From: Felis catus
Taxonomy: Eukaryota
Direction: 5' to 3'
NCBI RefSeq assembly: GCF_018350175.1
Contig: NC_058373.1
Span: 102,798,001 to 102,862,000, forward strand
Length of the DNA: 64,000 nucleotides
Both the position numbers and the translations under genes were made by a program. Within the stretch, counting starts at the first letter, position 1. The number at the start of each line of letters is the position of its first letter. Shown here piece by piece: positions 23,034-36,358 of the stretch. The notes beneath the pieces are model-generated. The model ran no database searches, was not told the origin of the DNA, and saw only the letters and a list, made by a program, of their open reading frames with translations.

Positions 23034-24391
23034 TGAGCTGTACATCATTCTTTTATTATTGCTTTCTATAACATTATTTTTAAAGTGTGCATAATATTCC
23101 ATCATGTGGATGTGCCATAATTTATGTAACCAATTCTTATTATTGGACATTGAAGTTGTTTCTGAGTATCTTCTATTTTAGATAATGGTCTGAGAAACAA
23201 ACTTGTAGGCTAATCTTTGTACCCATTTCACTAGTAGTTTTAAGGTAATTGATAAGTGAAGCCAGTTTTTTCTTCTTGAGTCCTACTATCCACTCTGCCC
23301 TCCTCCCACCTCTTGATGACAGAAGTTGTTATAACAAAGCGGTCTGGCCTTTGAATTCAAATCTTATCTCTGAAGTTTAATAGATCGGAACTTTAGGGAA
23401 TGAATTTCTCTACACTTTAGTTTTCTCTTCTGGAGAGTGCAGATAATGATAGTAATTTCAGTACTCAGTACAAGGAATGGGAACCCTTCCAAATATTTTA
23501 AGCAGAAAGGGATTTAATACAGGGAATTACGTACTTGTGCAATTGTTGGCAAGGCTGGAGGAGCAGTCACTCGTCTGGATCTCCTGGAATGATTCCCCAT
23601 AACAGAACTGACCCACCAGGGGAGCCCATACCTCTGAAGCCACCACAGGAACTGTTGAGTTCAGGAACATACAACTTGTTCAGGAACAAGGGTGTCATGG
23701 TGTCATTGCTTCTGCCTCAGGTGCCCAGGAAGCTGGAGAAGGACTACAATGCTGCAGAAAACATCTCACATTTCCACACTTTCTGCCAGAATGAAACTTC
23801 CAAAGGGTGCACGCACAAAGCAGCCTGAGCCTCATTTCTGCCTTTCTAAACTCAAGCAAATACTTAGGATCAATGAAGCCTAATTTTCATGCAAAACTGA
23901 GAGAGCTTCACAGGAATCTGAGAAACAGTTCTCAGCTTTGCAGCCTAGGGGTTGAGTAAGCCAGTCCACAACCAAATACCTTTCATGAGATTGTTGTGAA
24001 AATTAAATAAAATAATGTACGCAGGTTCCTGGTACGGTGTGTGATGCAAGCAGTATTGTTATTTATTATTGTTTATTAATAGCAAATCATGCAGAGATTG
24101 CATTCATTTATTGGGGATGGAAAAACTAATAATGTTTCTTTGCTGTTCTCAGAGTATTCCCAGTATAAATAAGAAGTAGGGACTAAAGAAATAATTATAT
24201 CACAACAAAAAAACTGCTACAAGAAGATAAGGGACAGGGTAATTCTTTTGGCGGTATGTGTTACTTCATGTATTCATTCATTAAAGAATAGATTTATCAA
24301 CATAATTCATTATATGGACCAGGCCTAGTGCTAGGTGCTGGCATGCAGAAGTGAGCCAGACAGGATGTTGTCCCTCCTCGGTGTGGGGTGT

Positions 24392-24392
<1 letters not shown>

Positions 24393-24432
<40 letters not shown>
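24393..24432. repeat. (TG)n microsatellite within an L2-like fragment
   Basis: Seen directly. Confidence 0.9.
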
Positions 24433-24436
<4 letters not shown>

Positions 24437-24771
24437 GGTGGTGGGGATTGATAGAAAAGTCAGAGGGGAAGGCTTTATAGAGGACAGGACATCTGGGCTG
24501 GATCTGTAAGGATGAAGGAGATTTTCCGCAGAGAAGGGAAAGAAAGCAAGAACAGAATCAGATGCCAGATTTATAAAGGACTTTAGGCGTCAGCCTGGGG
24601 CAGTGTTTTCTAAAGTGTAATCCACAGAATACCAGTCCCCAGAGTGGTTTCTTGAAGGGATAGATCCAGGGTAAGGCATCATTTAGAGATCATGAGGATT
24701 ATGAACACATTAAAATATTGAGAAGGCTGATAGCAAAATATCATTAAGTCAGTTTAAAATATCATTAACTC

Positions 24772-25000
24772 GGGGCGCCTGGGTGGCGCAGTCGGTTAAG
24801 CGTCCGACTTCAGCCAGGTCACGATCTTGCGGTCCGGGAGTTCGAGCCCCGCGTCAGGCTCTGGGCTGATGGCTCAGAGCCTGGAGCCTGTTTCTGATTC
24901 TGTGTCTCCCTCTCTCTCTGCCCCTCCCCCGTTCATGCTCTGTCTCTCTCTGTCCCAAAAATAAATAAACGTTGAAAAAAAAATTAAAAAAAAATAAATA
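24772..25000 (+). mobile_element. Young Can-SINE (CpG-rich cat subfamily)
   Basis: CpGs intact (gcgcagtcggttaagcgtccgact); perfect TSD aaaatatcattaact. Confidence 0.97.
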
Positions 25001-25446
25001 AAATATCATTAACTCAATATTTAAGTTTTTGACCATGGACACCTTCTTTGATGCAGTATCTGTTAGCAAAGGACCCACTTTTGGAAACATAGACTCAAGG
25101 CAAGCAACCACTTTATTCCATGGATGGCAAGATGAGGTACAGAGAGGTTAAAGGTCACGTAATTACCTTATAAGCTCCAAAAAGTCAGGGTCCATGTTAT
25201 TCTCCAGCACTTTTATTTCCCCAGCAATTAGTCCAGTACCTGGCACAGAGTAGATGTGCAAAAAATTTTTGTGATGAGACATCGACGAATCAATGATAGC
25301 ATGAACTAGAAGAGAACTCAGATACCTCAACTTTCAGATTTATGATTTTACTATTATATACCTTTCAGCTAATGGGAAATATTTTCAAAAAGACACAGAG
25401 AGAAATTCTCCCCACAAGAGTTATGTAGAGACTTTTCCCTTTCAGG

Positions 25447-25581
25447 TAGGGTTGCCAGATAAAATGCAGGATGCATGCAATATTTGGGCCATGCTTATGC
25501 CAAAAAATTATTCATCATCTATCTGAAATTCAAATTTAACTGGGTGTCCTACATTTTTATTTGCTAAATCTGGCAACCCTA
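25447..25581. mobile_element. MER53 hAT MITE, internally deleted
   Basis: TIRs tagggttgccagat / atctggcaacccta; internal atctgaaattcaaatttaactgggtgtcct; degenerate 8-bp TSD ctttcagg / ctcttagg. Confidence 0.85.
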
Positions 25582-26262
25582 CTCTTAGGGGAACAATATG
25601 GAAGCCTTTCTTCTTCCAAAATGTTGCTTGCTAATCACCTTGAAGGGCAATTCACATACAGAGGTGTATTTTACTTTCCAATATATCAAAGGTTCACTCC
25701 TTTTAAGTGGGTCTAGGAAGATAAACCGATTATGTACAACTCTCGTTTCTTTCAAGTTCCTGCTGAGAGGGAAAGCTTTTGTGTAAACAGGGAAGTGGCA
25801 GAATGTTTATCTCATCAGCCTGGGCCCCAGCACATGGGAGGGAGTTCCCAGAGAATTCTTCCAGCCACCTGTTGTGATTCAACCAATAGGAGAAGTTTGG
25901 GGCCAGAGATGACAAGATGCATGTGAAGGAACAGGGAAGACAAACTTCTAAGTCACGAGGCTGTTCGGATTCTGCAGAGGAAGAACACTGGCTATTACAC
26001 ACCCCAAGCCAGGTTTAGGTTTCCAAAAGGTGATACTTTTAGCCATAAAACTTCTGGAGCCTGGACCAGGTGATTCTTTCATTTTGTGCAGTGCAGACCT
26101 GGATGTAGATCAGAAATTATAATGCTTTTAAAAGCACTCTTGTTTTTCTTTCATCTTTGTCCTGCCCCACAAAGATGCTCTGAGACCTCTCACCAACCAT
26201 CCGTTATTACTTTGCCAGGAGAATCCTGTCCTTAAGACAGTTAAACAACTAAAAAGAGCACT

Positions 26263-26305
26263 AAACAAACAAACAAACAAACAAACAAACAAACACACAC
26301 ACACA
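26263..26305. repeat. (AAAC)n(CA)n microsatellite
   Basis: Seen directly. Confidence 0.9.
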
Positions 26306-26904
26306 AAACCCTCCCTAAAACCTTCTCTGCTCTTTATACTGTGAGTGGCTTAGGCAGTTCACTTTGCTTTCATTCTCAGCTTAGTATAAATTATATGTGC
26401 TTTTGTAACCCCCAACCTAAACCCGTATGTGTTTAGATAGCTTTGTGCACTTCACTCCTTTATGTGGGTTATTTCTCATGATGCACTGCAGTGATTCTAC
26501 TTCTGCAGAGAAGGGCAAGGACTTGCTTAAAGTGTTGATTAATTGCGCTGTTGTTCATTGGTTTGCTCATTTTACAAACATTTTAAAAAATGCATACTGT
26601 CCAGGAACTGTGTGCATGGCACCGGAGGAACAGATAAAGCACAGTCCATGTCCTCCAGGAGCTGACAGGTTAAACAAATATTTGCAATTCAGTGTGAGAA
26701 GTCAATAGAGATGCTGCAAGGAGGGGCTGGCTGAGTGATCAACTTCGCCTGTGGGAGGCGGAAGGGGGAGGGAGAGCTGCACAGAGGAGATTTATGAGCT
26801 GAATCCTGAAGAATAAATAGGTGTTTTCTAAGTGTAGAGAAGGCAGAATGGGAACAGCATGTGCAAAGGCAAGGAAATATGAAGTGTTAGAGCTTGTTCA
26901 GTGA

Positions 26905-27095
26905 GGGGCACCTGAGTGGCTCAGTCTGGTGAGCATCCGACTTCAACTCAGGTCATGATCTCACTGTTCGTGAGTTTGAGCCCTACATCGGGCTCCCTGC
27001 TGTCAGCCTGTCAGCAGAGCCCGCTCTTCAGATCCTCTGTCCCCCTCTCTCTGCCCTTCACCTGCTTGTGCTCTCCAAAAAAAAAAAAAAAAAAA
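26905..27095 (+). mobile_element. Can-SINE
   Basis: TSD agagcttgttcagtga / agaacttgtccggtga. Confidence 0.9.
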
Positions 27096-27429
27096 GAACT
27101 TGTCCGGTGAGAGACCTCTACAGCTAAAGCTGATCCATTGGGATCCAGGGAGAAAATAGCATAACTTATTACCTTTATTTTTATGTAAAAGTAAACTTCA
27201 CTGACATTCAGTGTGTGACTTACTGTTGAGCATATGTAATTTATCAGTAAATATACATTTGGCTGGTTGCATGCCCAAAAACACTTCACCAAAAGGGGGC
27301 GCTTGTGATCAAACTAATTTGGCTACCACTACTGGAGTGGTAGAGCTAGGGACTCCGTTCCTGGCCCTTAGCTCCTGCTGCAACAGTGCAGTGCTAACAA
27401 GAGTCTAGGTAATTATGTTTCCTTTAGTT

Positions 27430-28217
27430 CAGGATACCTCAAAGTATGGTCAACAAAGACAGAATGCCTAGAGTGCTTGCTAAAAAAAGCAAATTCTCAG
27501 GCCTATCCTAGGTTGATAGAATCAGCATCAATCAGCAGTAGGACCCAGGAACTTATAGTTCTTTTTTTTTTAATTTTTTTTAATGTTTATTCGTTGAGAG
27601 AGAGAGCAAGAGAGAGAGCATGAGCAGTGGAGGGGCAGAGAGAGGGAGACACAGAATCTGAAGCAGGCTCCAGGCTCTGAGCTGTTAGCACAGAGCCCTG
27701 TGTGGGTCGTGAGATCATGACCTGAGCCAAAGTTGGACCCTTAAACCTACTGAGCCACCCAAATGCCCCAGGAACTTATAGTTCTAACAGCTCCCCAGGT
27801 GATGCTTATTGTCTTAGTCGACTCAAGCTGCTAGAACAAAATACCACAGACTGGATGGCTTCAGCAACAGAAATTTATTTTCTCAGTTTTGGAGTCTGGA
27901 AATACCATGGTTAAAGTTCCATTTGGTTCAGTCTCTGCTGAGGGTTCTCTTCCTGGCTTGAAGATGGCTACCTTGTCCTTGTGTCCTCACGTGGTGGGGA
28001 GAAAGCTCTGGTGTTTCCTCCTCTTCTTATAAGAGCACCTGTTCTACTGGATCAGGGATCCACCCTTATGATCTCATTTAACCTTAATTATCTTTTTAAA
28101 GGCCTTATCTGCAGTACAGTCACATGGGTGACTAAGACTTCAACATATGAATTTTGGAGGAATACAGTTCAGTCCATAGCTCTCATGTTAAATAAAGTTT
28201 GAGGACCACCGCTCTAG
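27430..28217. mobile_element. MER5-like hAT element interrupted by a Can-SINE (27563-27769) and an MLT1A-like LTR (~27810-28180)
   Basis: ctcaaagtatggtc...aacagctccccaggtgatgctta [tgtcttagtc...aaataccacagactgg...acagttcagtccatagc] aaagtttgaggaccac. Confidence 0.7.
27563..27769 (-). mobile_element. Can-SINE
   Basis: Perfect TSD aggaacttatagttct. Confidence 0.95.
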
Positions 28218-28339
28218 TCTAACCAAGAAAAAAGCAGTACAGTGACAGCTCCTAATATAGGACATTTTGTTCCTGAATCTGAACCCAGAGAAAGGGCCAT
28301 AGAAATTTGGAATTTTCAGCACTTGTATTGCCTTCCAGA

Positions 28340-28665
28340 CTAGTGCTGTTCAGTAAAAATATATTGGGAGTGACAAATGCAAATTACATATGTAATTAAT
28401 AATTTTTAGTAGCCACATTGAAACAAAAATCAAACAGAAAGGTGAAATTAATTTTAATACTTTAGTTCAGTATATCCAAAATATTATCATTCCCACATAA
28501 AATCAATATGTAAGGTTATTAATAAGACACAAGTTTTTGTACTAAATCTTTGAAATTCCTGTGTGCATTATTTTACATGTAGAGCATATCTGAATTGAAA
28601 TTAGCCAGATTTCAGATGTTCAGTGACCATACGTGGCTAGTGGCTACTGTATTGAGTAGTCGGTG
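28340..28665. mobile_element. MER3/MER33-like hAT-Charlie element
   Basis: tagtgctgttcagta...tagtagccacatt...gtggctagtggctactgtattg. Confidence 0.7.
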
Positions 28666-30249
28666 CTACATTATTACAACCTTCAATTCAGTGCTTGAGG
28701 CAAAGCAGACAAGGTGTGTTGTAAACATGCTGTGCAAGTAGCATCGTTTCTAAGAGAGACTGTATGATTAGGATTAGTCCTGGAACGTTTTTGTTGACAA
28801 GACTCTCCTCTCACCAGCAGCTTAAGATGTCAAGTTTCAGCAGAGAACAGAAACTGATGGCTCATCCCAGCAGTTGAAGAAATTGTCACCATTCAATGTT
28901 TTGTTTACCATTTACATAAGAAATAGCAAGCTGCCAGAGCTGGCTGATGACTGAGCCGGGCTAACTGGATGATAGTTTGCCCTGAAATGAAAACTGAGCT
29001 GCATTTGATTTATTACCCTCAGTTGTCACTTCTCACCGCCACTGAACCTTTCCCAAGACCACAGTTGATGTCACTTCAAAGGATCAGAACTGGATTTCAT
29101 CTGTGAAGAATGTATTAATCCTACAACCGTCTCTTTCAAACCAAGCAGCATCTGCAGTCAGCATTGGAGGTGGGGAAGGCATATGGAGAAAGTTCTTTGA
29201 ATTGTATACAATGAAGAGAGCATTAGGCTAATTGTGAGGTTAACTTTATCTGTGTCCCATAAGACCAAGTGGCTCCGGTGCTAAAAGCACGTTATTGGTG
29301 CTAAGATGTGTTTTGGGACCCACTAAAGGCCAGATGTTTTCAGTTACTTTAAAGACAACAAATTCTTGTCTTGTTGGAGGAAATTGAGGGTGTTTGGCTA
29401 GAAAAGAGAAAGTTTGGTGGGGAGGACATGAGAGCTCACCCTCACATATATATTTGACAGCTTTTGGAAGATGAATTAGACTTACTCTGTATAGTTAAAA
29501 AGGGCAGCTAGAACACATTTTTAGCTCAAACTAAAGATAGAGATTGTGACATCATTTATAAGACACAGACACCAGACTGTGTTTTCCTAAGGAAACATTT
29601 ATTGAGTACCTATTTTGGGTCAAGCACTGTCACTTACATTATTTCATTTAAATTTCACAACATTCCTGCAAGGTGGTATTACCTTGTTCCAAATGTAGTG
29701 TCTCCCTGCAACAAGGCCTGATCACAGCAACCAGGGGAGAGGAAGCCATCCGCCCTGTTGCTGAGTACCTGCTGAGTACTCAGCTCTCCTAGCAGGCTTT
29801 ATGCCCCAGACAGGAAATCAAATGTAAATGCCATTTGCTTTCTGTGCTGGATTGGAAAAGAGAAAACTTGCGTGTTGTGTACAATGGAACTTGAATCTAA
29901 TATGAAAGAAACAGTAAAACAACCAGTACAAAGTTGCAAAGGTTTTTCTTTAAAACAGTACTTCCCATTCTCATTAATACTGTGTGTCATGTCAGAGTCT
30001 TAATTCTCTTCTCTATGTGCATTTTCAAGTTTTTTCTAGCCTGTACAATTCGTGTGTCTATCATCAGTCTTTTTTTTTGTTGAGATACATCTTGTAGTGT
30101 CCGTGAAAGGATATGTTCAGAAATGGATGTTGGTTTTTCTTTTGTCCTACCAGCAGAATGGGTTGTGGCTAGAGCTGCCTCCTGTCTCTTGTGGCAGGAA
30201 GTAGACATAAATATCTGTATGTGATACAAGCATATAAAATATTAACTGA

Positions 30250-30470
30250 CTAATATTAGCAAGTACTTACTATGCGACAGGAATTGTTCTAAGGGCTTTA
30301 TGGGTCTCAACTCATTGTTCTTGACATAGTTCCCATAATGTAGATACTGTTAGTACCCTCACTTTATAGAAGAGGAAATTGAGGCACAGAGAGGTTACAT
30401 AATTTGTCCAGGGTCATCCAAGTAGTAAGTGGTAGTCCTGACTAGCAGGTATTCAGACCAGATATTCTAT
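30250..30470 (-). mobile_element. MIR
   Basis: gaggaaattgaggcacagagaggttacataatttgtccagggtca. Confidence 0.8.
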
Positions 30471-30584
30471 CCCAAGAGACCATAGACACAATAGCTATAT
30501 TGTCTCTGGGTATGGCATAGCATGATTTTTCTCCTACTCTAGCAGAGAAGGAGCATACCCGTAAGTACCTAGTGGAGACTAGAC

Positions 30585-30910
30585 TTGCACTGTCCAATGT
30601 GGTTATGACACATTGGCTATTGAACACTTGAAATGAAGCTGGTACGAACTGTGATGTTCTATAAAAATAAAGTGCATATTGGATTTTGAGGACCTCTTCT
30701 GAGAAAAAGAATGCAAAACATCTCTTTTGTAATTATTTCATATTGATTAAATGTTGGAATGATAACTTAGGTATAATGAGTTAAATAAAATCTATGGTTA
30801 GAATTAATTTCACCCTCTTGTGTTTACTTTTTAAAATATGGCTTCTAGAAAATTTAAAATAACACATATGGCTTGCCTTTGTCACTGGCATTTCTGTTGG
30901 GCAGCGCTGG
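30585..30910. mobile_element. MER33-like hAT-Charlie element
   Basis: gcactgtccaatgtgg...ctagaaaatttaaaataacacatatggct...ttgggcagcgctg. Confidence 0.75.
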
Positions 30911-33900
30911 CCTTGACCTTTTGCTTCTTCATTTGTTCACTCATCGTTCATATGTCTTGGCACCTGTGAGGCACAAAGGGTGGGATGTCAACAACACAGA
31001 TTTGGCATCTGCTCTCATGTAGCTCAATATTCTGGAAAGGCTGATGGGTTGGGGGTGAGAACAGACCCTAAGAAATAATTACCTAAGTAGTTAATTAATT
31101 ATCATCATTACTATTTAAATAGGAGAAGGGATTTGCTATGAAAGAATACACTATGGGCACCTAACCCTTGGGGGCCATGCAATAAATATTATTCACTCAG
31201 CAAATATTTGTTGAGTGAAAGAAATGAATCTGGGGGGATTAAGGAGGCTTCCCTGAGGAAATAACTTCCAGACAGAGTTCCAAGGAATGAGGAGAGAAGT
31301 GAAATATTGGGAGCTTCAGCTATATGATTCACAGGCTTTGGTGGGTTCTCCCCTCACATCAGGAATAGTCAGCTTTGGTCCAGTTTCATGGCAAGCCATG
31401 CCCAAGCATTTTGTGGGGTGCGCAGATATGTGGGGACCTGCTCCTTGGCATGGAGAGGAGCAGGACAGGCACTGGAGGTATGTCAGGGAGCCGGGCGGGA
31501 GGGGGGCACCTTTGCCTCCCTACTCTAGCAGCAGGCAGTGCCCAACGCCGCTAGGACCTCAGTTTCTTCCACGTGGTGATGGCTTCTGTTGCTTCCTCTC
31601 TTGTTCCTCTTCGCCTCCATGGCGAGATTTGCCTCCGCAGCATTTCCCTTTATTGCACAATCCGTTCGACAGGTTTTTATTTTGTTGTTGTTGCTGCCCA
31701 GTATAAATGAGACCTCCAGTAGGGAGAATGACTTTTAAATCTTTTGTGACCCTGGAGTACAAAATGTTCCCAATTTCTTCCCCTGAGCAGTCTCCATTTC
31801 CGTGGCAAGCTACAAAAGAGCGCTTATTTTTGTTGATAACAGTGTAGCTTCGAGGGGAGGGGGAAGGAACCTGCGCTTGGAGGCTGGGTGGCGGAAGTCT
31901 GCTGCCTGTAACTTGCCCAAAGGAGGAGAGAGCTGGGAGCAGGGCTGGGGGCAGCGTGGGAGGAATGCTGGGCACTTGCCCTTGGGCTTCAGGTTGTGTG
32001 GAACCTCGCCCCTGCGCAGCCCCTAGGGAGTTGATTCTTGGAGGCGTCTGCTTCAGTTCTCTGCACACCTAGTCCCTGGTTGCCAAGTTACCCAGTGAGC
32101 CGGAAAACAATAAAACCATCATAAACCCAGCTGGGGGTGATTTTGTTGGGTTCTGAGCTTGTGTACCTTGCCTGGATCTTATATTGGGCTTGAACACAAA
32201 GAGGGCTAGCCCAGGGTGGGTAACAGTTCCAACAGAGAAATTACTCACTGTGCCCTCAATATGCTGGGCACCCAACAAATATTTGTTAAACCAACAAATA
32301 AAAATTTGCAGTAAGGCATATCGTTTTAGTTAATTTGCTACACATGTACTACCTGGGTGGGAAGTCAAGCCAGCAAAGCATTATGATGTGGTTTGGTAAA
32401 CATTGTGTATTGTAGCTTTATTCTGATTGTCATAAAAACCCATCTGGGTCTCAACTGGGCCAGTTGTTTCAGCAGGCTCTTCCTATTCAGAGTCTGCGAT
32501 TCTTCGAAAGATGCTTGGCCAGGGCCAGGCTTCTGATCTGAAGGGGAGGGTTATATTCAGGCTGTGTGTCTACCTATGTGACTACTCCTTCTTTGCGGCA
32601 GGATGTCTTAACTTCAGCACTGTTGTTGTTGGGGCTGGATAGTTCTTTGTAGTGGGGCCATCCTGTGCAGCGTAGGATGTTTCACAGAGTCACTGGCCTC
32701 CTAAATGCCAGTAGCAGCTCCCCATCTGACCCACGTGATGAAAAGCAAGATGCTTCCTGACCTTGTCCGGTGCCGTCGGGGAGGCAAAATTGCTCTTGCC
32801 TGCGAACCACTGTTGTATGGGAGTAAAGGGGCACAGCACTGCAGACTGAATGAAGAAGCCCATTATGCAGAAAGCAGTCTCTGCTGGAATATATCCTACA
32901 GTATTCAGGTTTTGTGGATTTATTTTCCCAAAGCATTTTATTTGGCACACGTGAAAATCGCCTGACCTCTCTCAGTCCTCACTGACTACGGTGGAGGGGA
33001 TGGGGGTGGGGGTGGAGGGCCCCTGAGGCACAGTGAGTTCTAGGGGTGGTTAACACAGGTGATGTCTGCCTGCTGTGTCATCCTTCTAGCCACACCCCCT
33101 CCTCTATTCCTTGTGTATGGTAGTGTATACTAATGTACAGTAAAACCGGCTGGGAAGTTTTCCCAAAAGTAACGTGCCTGGCTCCACGGCCAGGATTCTG
33201 ACTGGGTGTCCATGTCAGGTGATTCAGCTGTGCAGCCAGGGCTGGGAGCCTTTGGCGTGGCAGAGAGCATGGGCTTTGGGACATGCCTGGCTTTAGTCTT
33301 AGTGGACCAAACTTCTTTGAGTTTACTGTTGATGAAACCGGGGATAATTAATAGCTTCCTTGTTTGGTGCCAAGTAAAGGAGGTAACATTGTAAGGAAAG
33401 TCTCACTGTGAGGTGCATAGTAAGTGCTCAATAAATGCCCTTTCCTTTCTGGCCTACTTTCCCTGATCTACTTTTTTTCTCCCAGTCTTTTTCCCACTGG
33501 GTCCCAGACAGATCTCAGGCCAGTCTGGTATCTATCTCCTTGTGGCTGATGTGAGGTCACCACGCAACTCACTAGGGAGCCACTTTAGCTCCCTGCACCT
33601 GGAAAGAAGCAGTTTCTGCACATTTTGGAGGCACTAGGCCATGGCAGGGCTCCCACGGCTCTGCCAGTATATTCCTAGAGAAGGTGGTCAGAGAAGTCAG
33701 CAGTGAGCTACCAGCTGGTACCTGGTCACATTCCTGACCAGGACTGTGTCTTAATGACAACCTGCTATGTTTTTGTTTGTTTTTGAATGGGGAGGTGGGG
33801 GCTGTGGCAGAGCCTATGCGCTTAGTAAGTCTGAGTCACGGGTCAGCGCAAGGCGATGTGGAAAGGAGAGATTCCATTTATTCTTTCATTCATTTACCCG

Positions 33901-34391
33901 CTTAAATTACTGCCTTTTTAAAGGACCCCTTGTAGGTGCAGGCCCTCAGAATTGGAACAATTCCTTGGTTATGTTGAACTAGAAAAGTGATAAATACCCT
34001 TGGAAAGAATGCTCTTGGGTATGTTTGTTGGCCCTCCTGGAAGCTACTGACCAGCCACAATGCTTCCTCAAGAGCCAGGGGTCCCTGTGAACCTATCTGT
34101 GCCTGAGCTTTTAGAAAACTCCACCATTTTATCAGGAAGAAATTAGTTGCCACAGATGTAATAGCAGGGATTGGAGTAGCCTCGTAAATGAGTACGAAAG
34201 TTATACCCTCACCACATTATTTACCCTATTAATTCTCTCCCCTTGGAATGTATTGCTTATAAAAACATGAGATGAATGTTTTTCAGTGGTTTGCCAGAAA
34301 AAGGTAACCCTGGGCGGATGATTTGTAACCAGAAACTCTGGATAGATTCTTTGACCCTGCCTAAGAAACCCACTGAGGACATTTTACTAGA

Positions 34392-34592
34392 CCAGTGGTT
34401 CTCAATCAGGAGTGATTTTGCCCCTCAGGGAACATTTGGAAATGGTTGTCACATTAGGGGAGGATGCTGCTGGCATCTAGTGAGTAGAGGCCATGAATGC
34501 TGTTAACTACCCTACGAGGCACGAGATAGGCCTCTCCCACAAAGAATTATCCAGTTCAAAATGTCAGTAGCATGAGGGTGGAGAAACCCTGT
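34392..34592. mobile_element. MER20
   Basis: ccagtggttctcaatcaggagtgattttgcccctcagggaacatttgg...gggtggagaaaccctg. A second MER20 fragment lies at ~32595-32720. Confidence 0.85.
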
Positions 34593-35869
34593 GTTAGAAA
34601 AACCAGTGTCCAGTGCTGGCTCTGTGCTGGTACTGGGATGTGAGGCCCAGCTCTCACCTACTGAAATAGCTTGCTTAGCTTGGTGATGGTGATGGTTAGG
34701 TCTGGGCACACTGTGGCCAAGCAGTGATGGTGACAACAGTATTCATGACTATTTCATTAATACCTACTCTATGCCAGGCCAGAGCTGGGCCCCTTACAGA
34801 CATTATCTTACTGAATTCTCATCATAGTCCTGGATCATGTCGATGAGGGCGTAGATTCTCAGATAAGTGAAATTGCCTGGCCAAGTCTACACAACTACTA
34901 AGTAAAGGAATCAGGGTTTGTACCCAAGTCTTTTGACTCCAGAACCAAGGTTGCTTGTTCCAGAGAAAACCAAGGGGAATGGCCGTGGTTACGCATCTGG
35001 ATTCTTTCATTCAGCTTTGGGATAATAGATTTTGCCCATGATTTGGTTTTTCCTTCCTTTGGGTAACATGCAGTTGGATTAAGTCTTCACCTTTGTAACT
35101 TTTTAACTCTACCTTGATAACTTTTTTATGAGTAGTGCTTTTTGTTCAGTACCTTTTCGTAAGTAAGCCATCTCGTCACACAGTAGACAGAGTGACTTGT
35201 TTGAATTTCTCAATACATGGCCCTATAGCCCCTGAATCCCACTAACAGTTTGGGGGGGTAAACCTCACCTGGTGGGAGGTCCTCAGTGGTAGATTGTCCA
35301 GTGAGCAAGGCCTGTCAGATTCCCTCTCTGGGGAAAATATGAATTAGGAGTCACGGGGAACAGGGAACACTCAGATCAAAGATCGTGTCAGCCCAGGGAC
35401 TGAGATGAGCATAAAGGTAACACTCTATTTTCCAGGTGAAGGAATTGAAAGATGAAAGTTGCTCAGTGAGGGTTAAGATTCACATTCATGGTAGAACCTG
35501 GGAAGTCTGGATGTGCCATTTCCTGCCTTGATTATCTGTGGTGTTGGCTGCTTTGGGGTAGACAAAAGGGGGCCCCTGCCCTGGCAATTTGCACTAAGAG
35601 GCACAGCTATTAGAAAAGGCTCCAACAGGACTTGTTTTCTGACATGCTCTTTGCTTGAAAGTCTCCTACTACAAGTGGGAATTTGGACTTCACAAAGAAC
35701 AGTGCAAGTGTAAAATCCACTCTTTAAAGCCCAGCTTGAAGCAGGCCCTAGGCAAGGTTGTAATGTCTGTGGAGTGGCTTTCTAGTTCCACGAAGGCCTT
35801 TTTTTCTCTGTTCTTCCTTCTATTCCCCTAGCTCCACAGCTACTTTTCCCCTTTACAAAATTTCCCTAT

Positions 35870-36358
35870 GTGGGAAAGTGAAAAGCGACTGTTAACATAT
35901 TACTAAGTGAAAGAAGCCAGTCAGAGAAGGCTACATGCTATATGATCCCACTCTGTGACATTCTGGGAAAGGCAAAACTGTGGAGACAGAAAAAGATCAG
36001 AGGTTGCCAGGGGGTTGGGGCATAGAGGGAAGAGACGAGTAACCAGAACACAGGATTTTTAGGGCAGTGAAGATACTCTGTGTGATACTGTAATGATGGA
36101 TACATGTCATTATATGTTTGTCCAAGCTCATAGACGGTATAACACCAAGAGTGAATCCTAATGTGAACTAGGGACTTTGGGTGACAATGATGTGTCCCTG
36201 TAGGCTTATCAGTTGTAACAAATGTTTCACTCTGTGAGGGATGTTGATAATACGGGAGGCTATGCCTGTGTGGGGATAGAGGCCATAAGAGAAGTCTCTG
36301 TACCTTGCTCTCAATTTTGCTATGAACTGAAAACTGCTTTTAGAAAGCCTTAAAAAAT
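35870..36358 (+). mobile_element. L1MC/L1MB 3' end
   Basis: atattactaagtgaaagaagccagtcagagaaggctacatg...ctcaattttgctatgaactgaaaactgct. Confidence 0.85.

Larger units (their letters stand above)
22030..23230 (-). mobile_element. Old L1M fragments interrupted by two SINEs
   Basis: AT-rich degenerate L1 ORF2/3' antisense sequence (ttttatgaggaatgagtgttaaatttt..., tttatccaggttttcaaatttgttg). Confidence 0.6.

Noticed and set aside
24772..24860. tRNA gene
   Set aside because: The A/B-box-like sequence is the tRNA-derived head of a Can-SINE, as in all other copies.
31287..32068. 139-aa and 169-aa ORFs
   Set aside because: Low complexity, no recognisable domain and no supporting exon structure.
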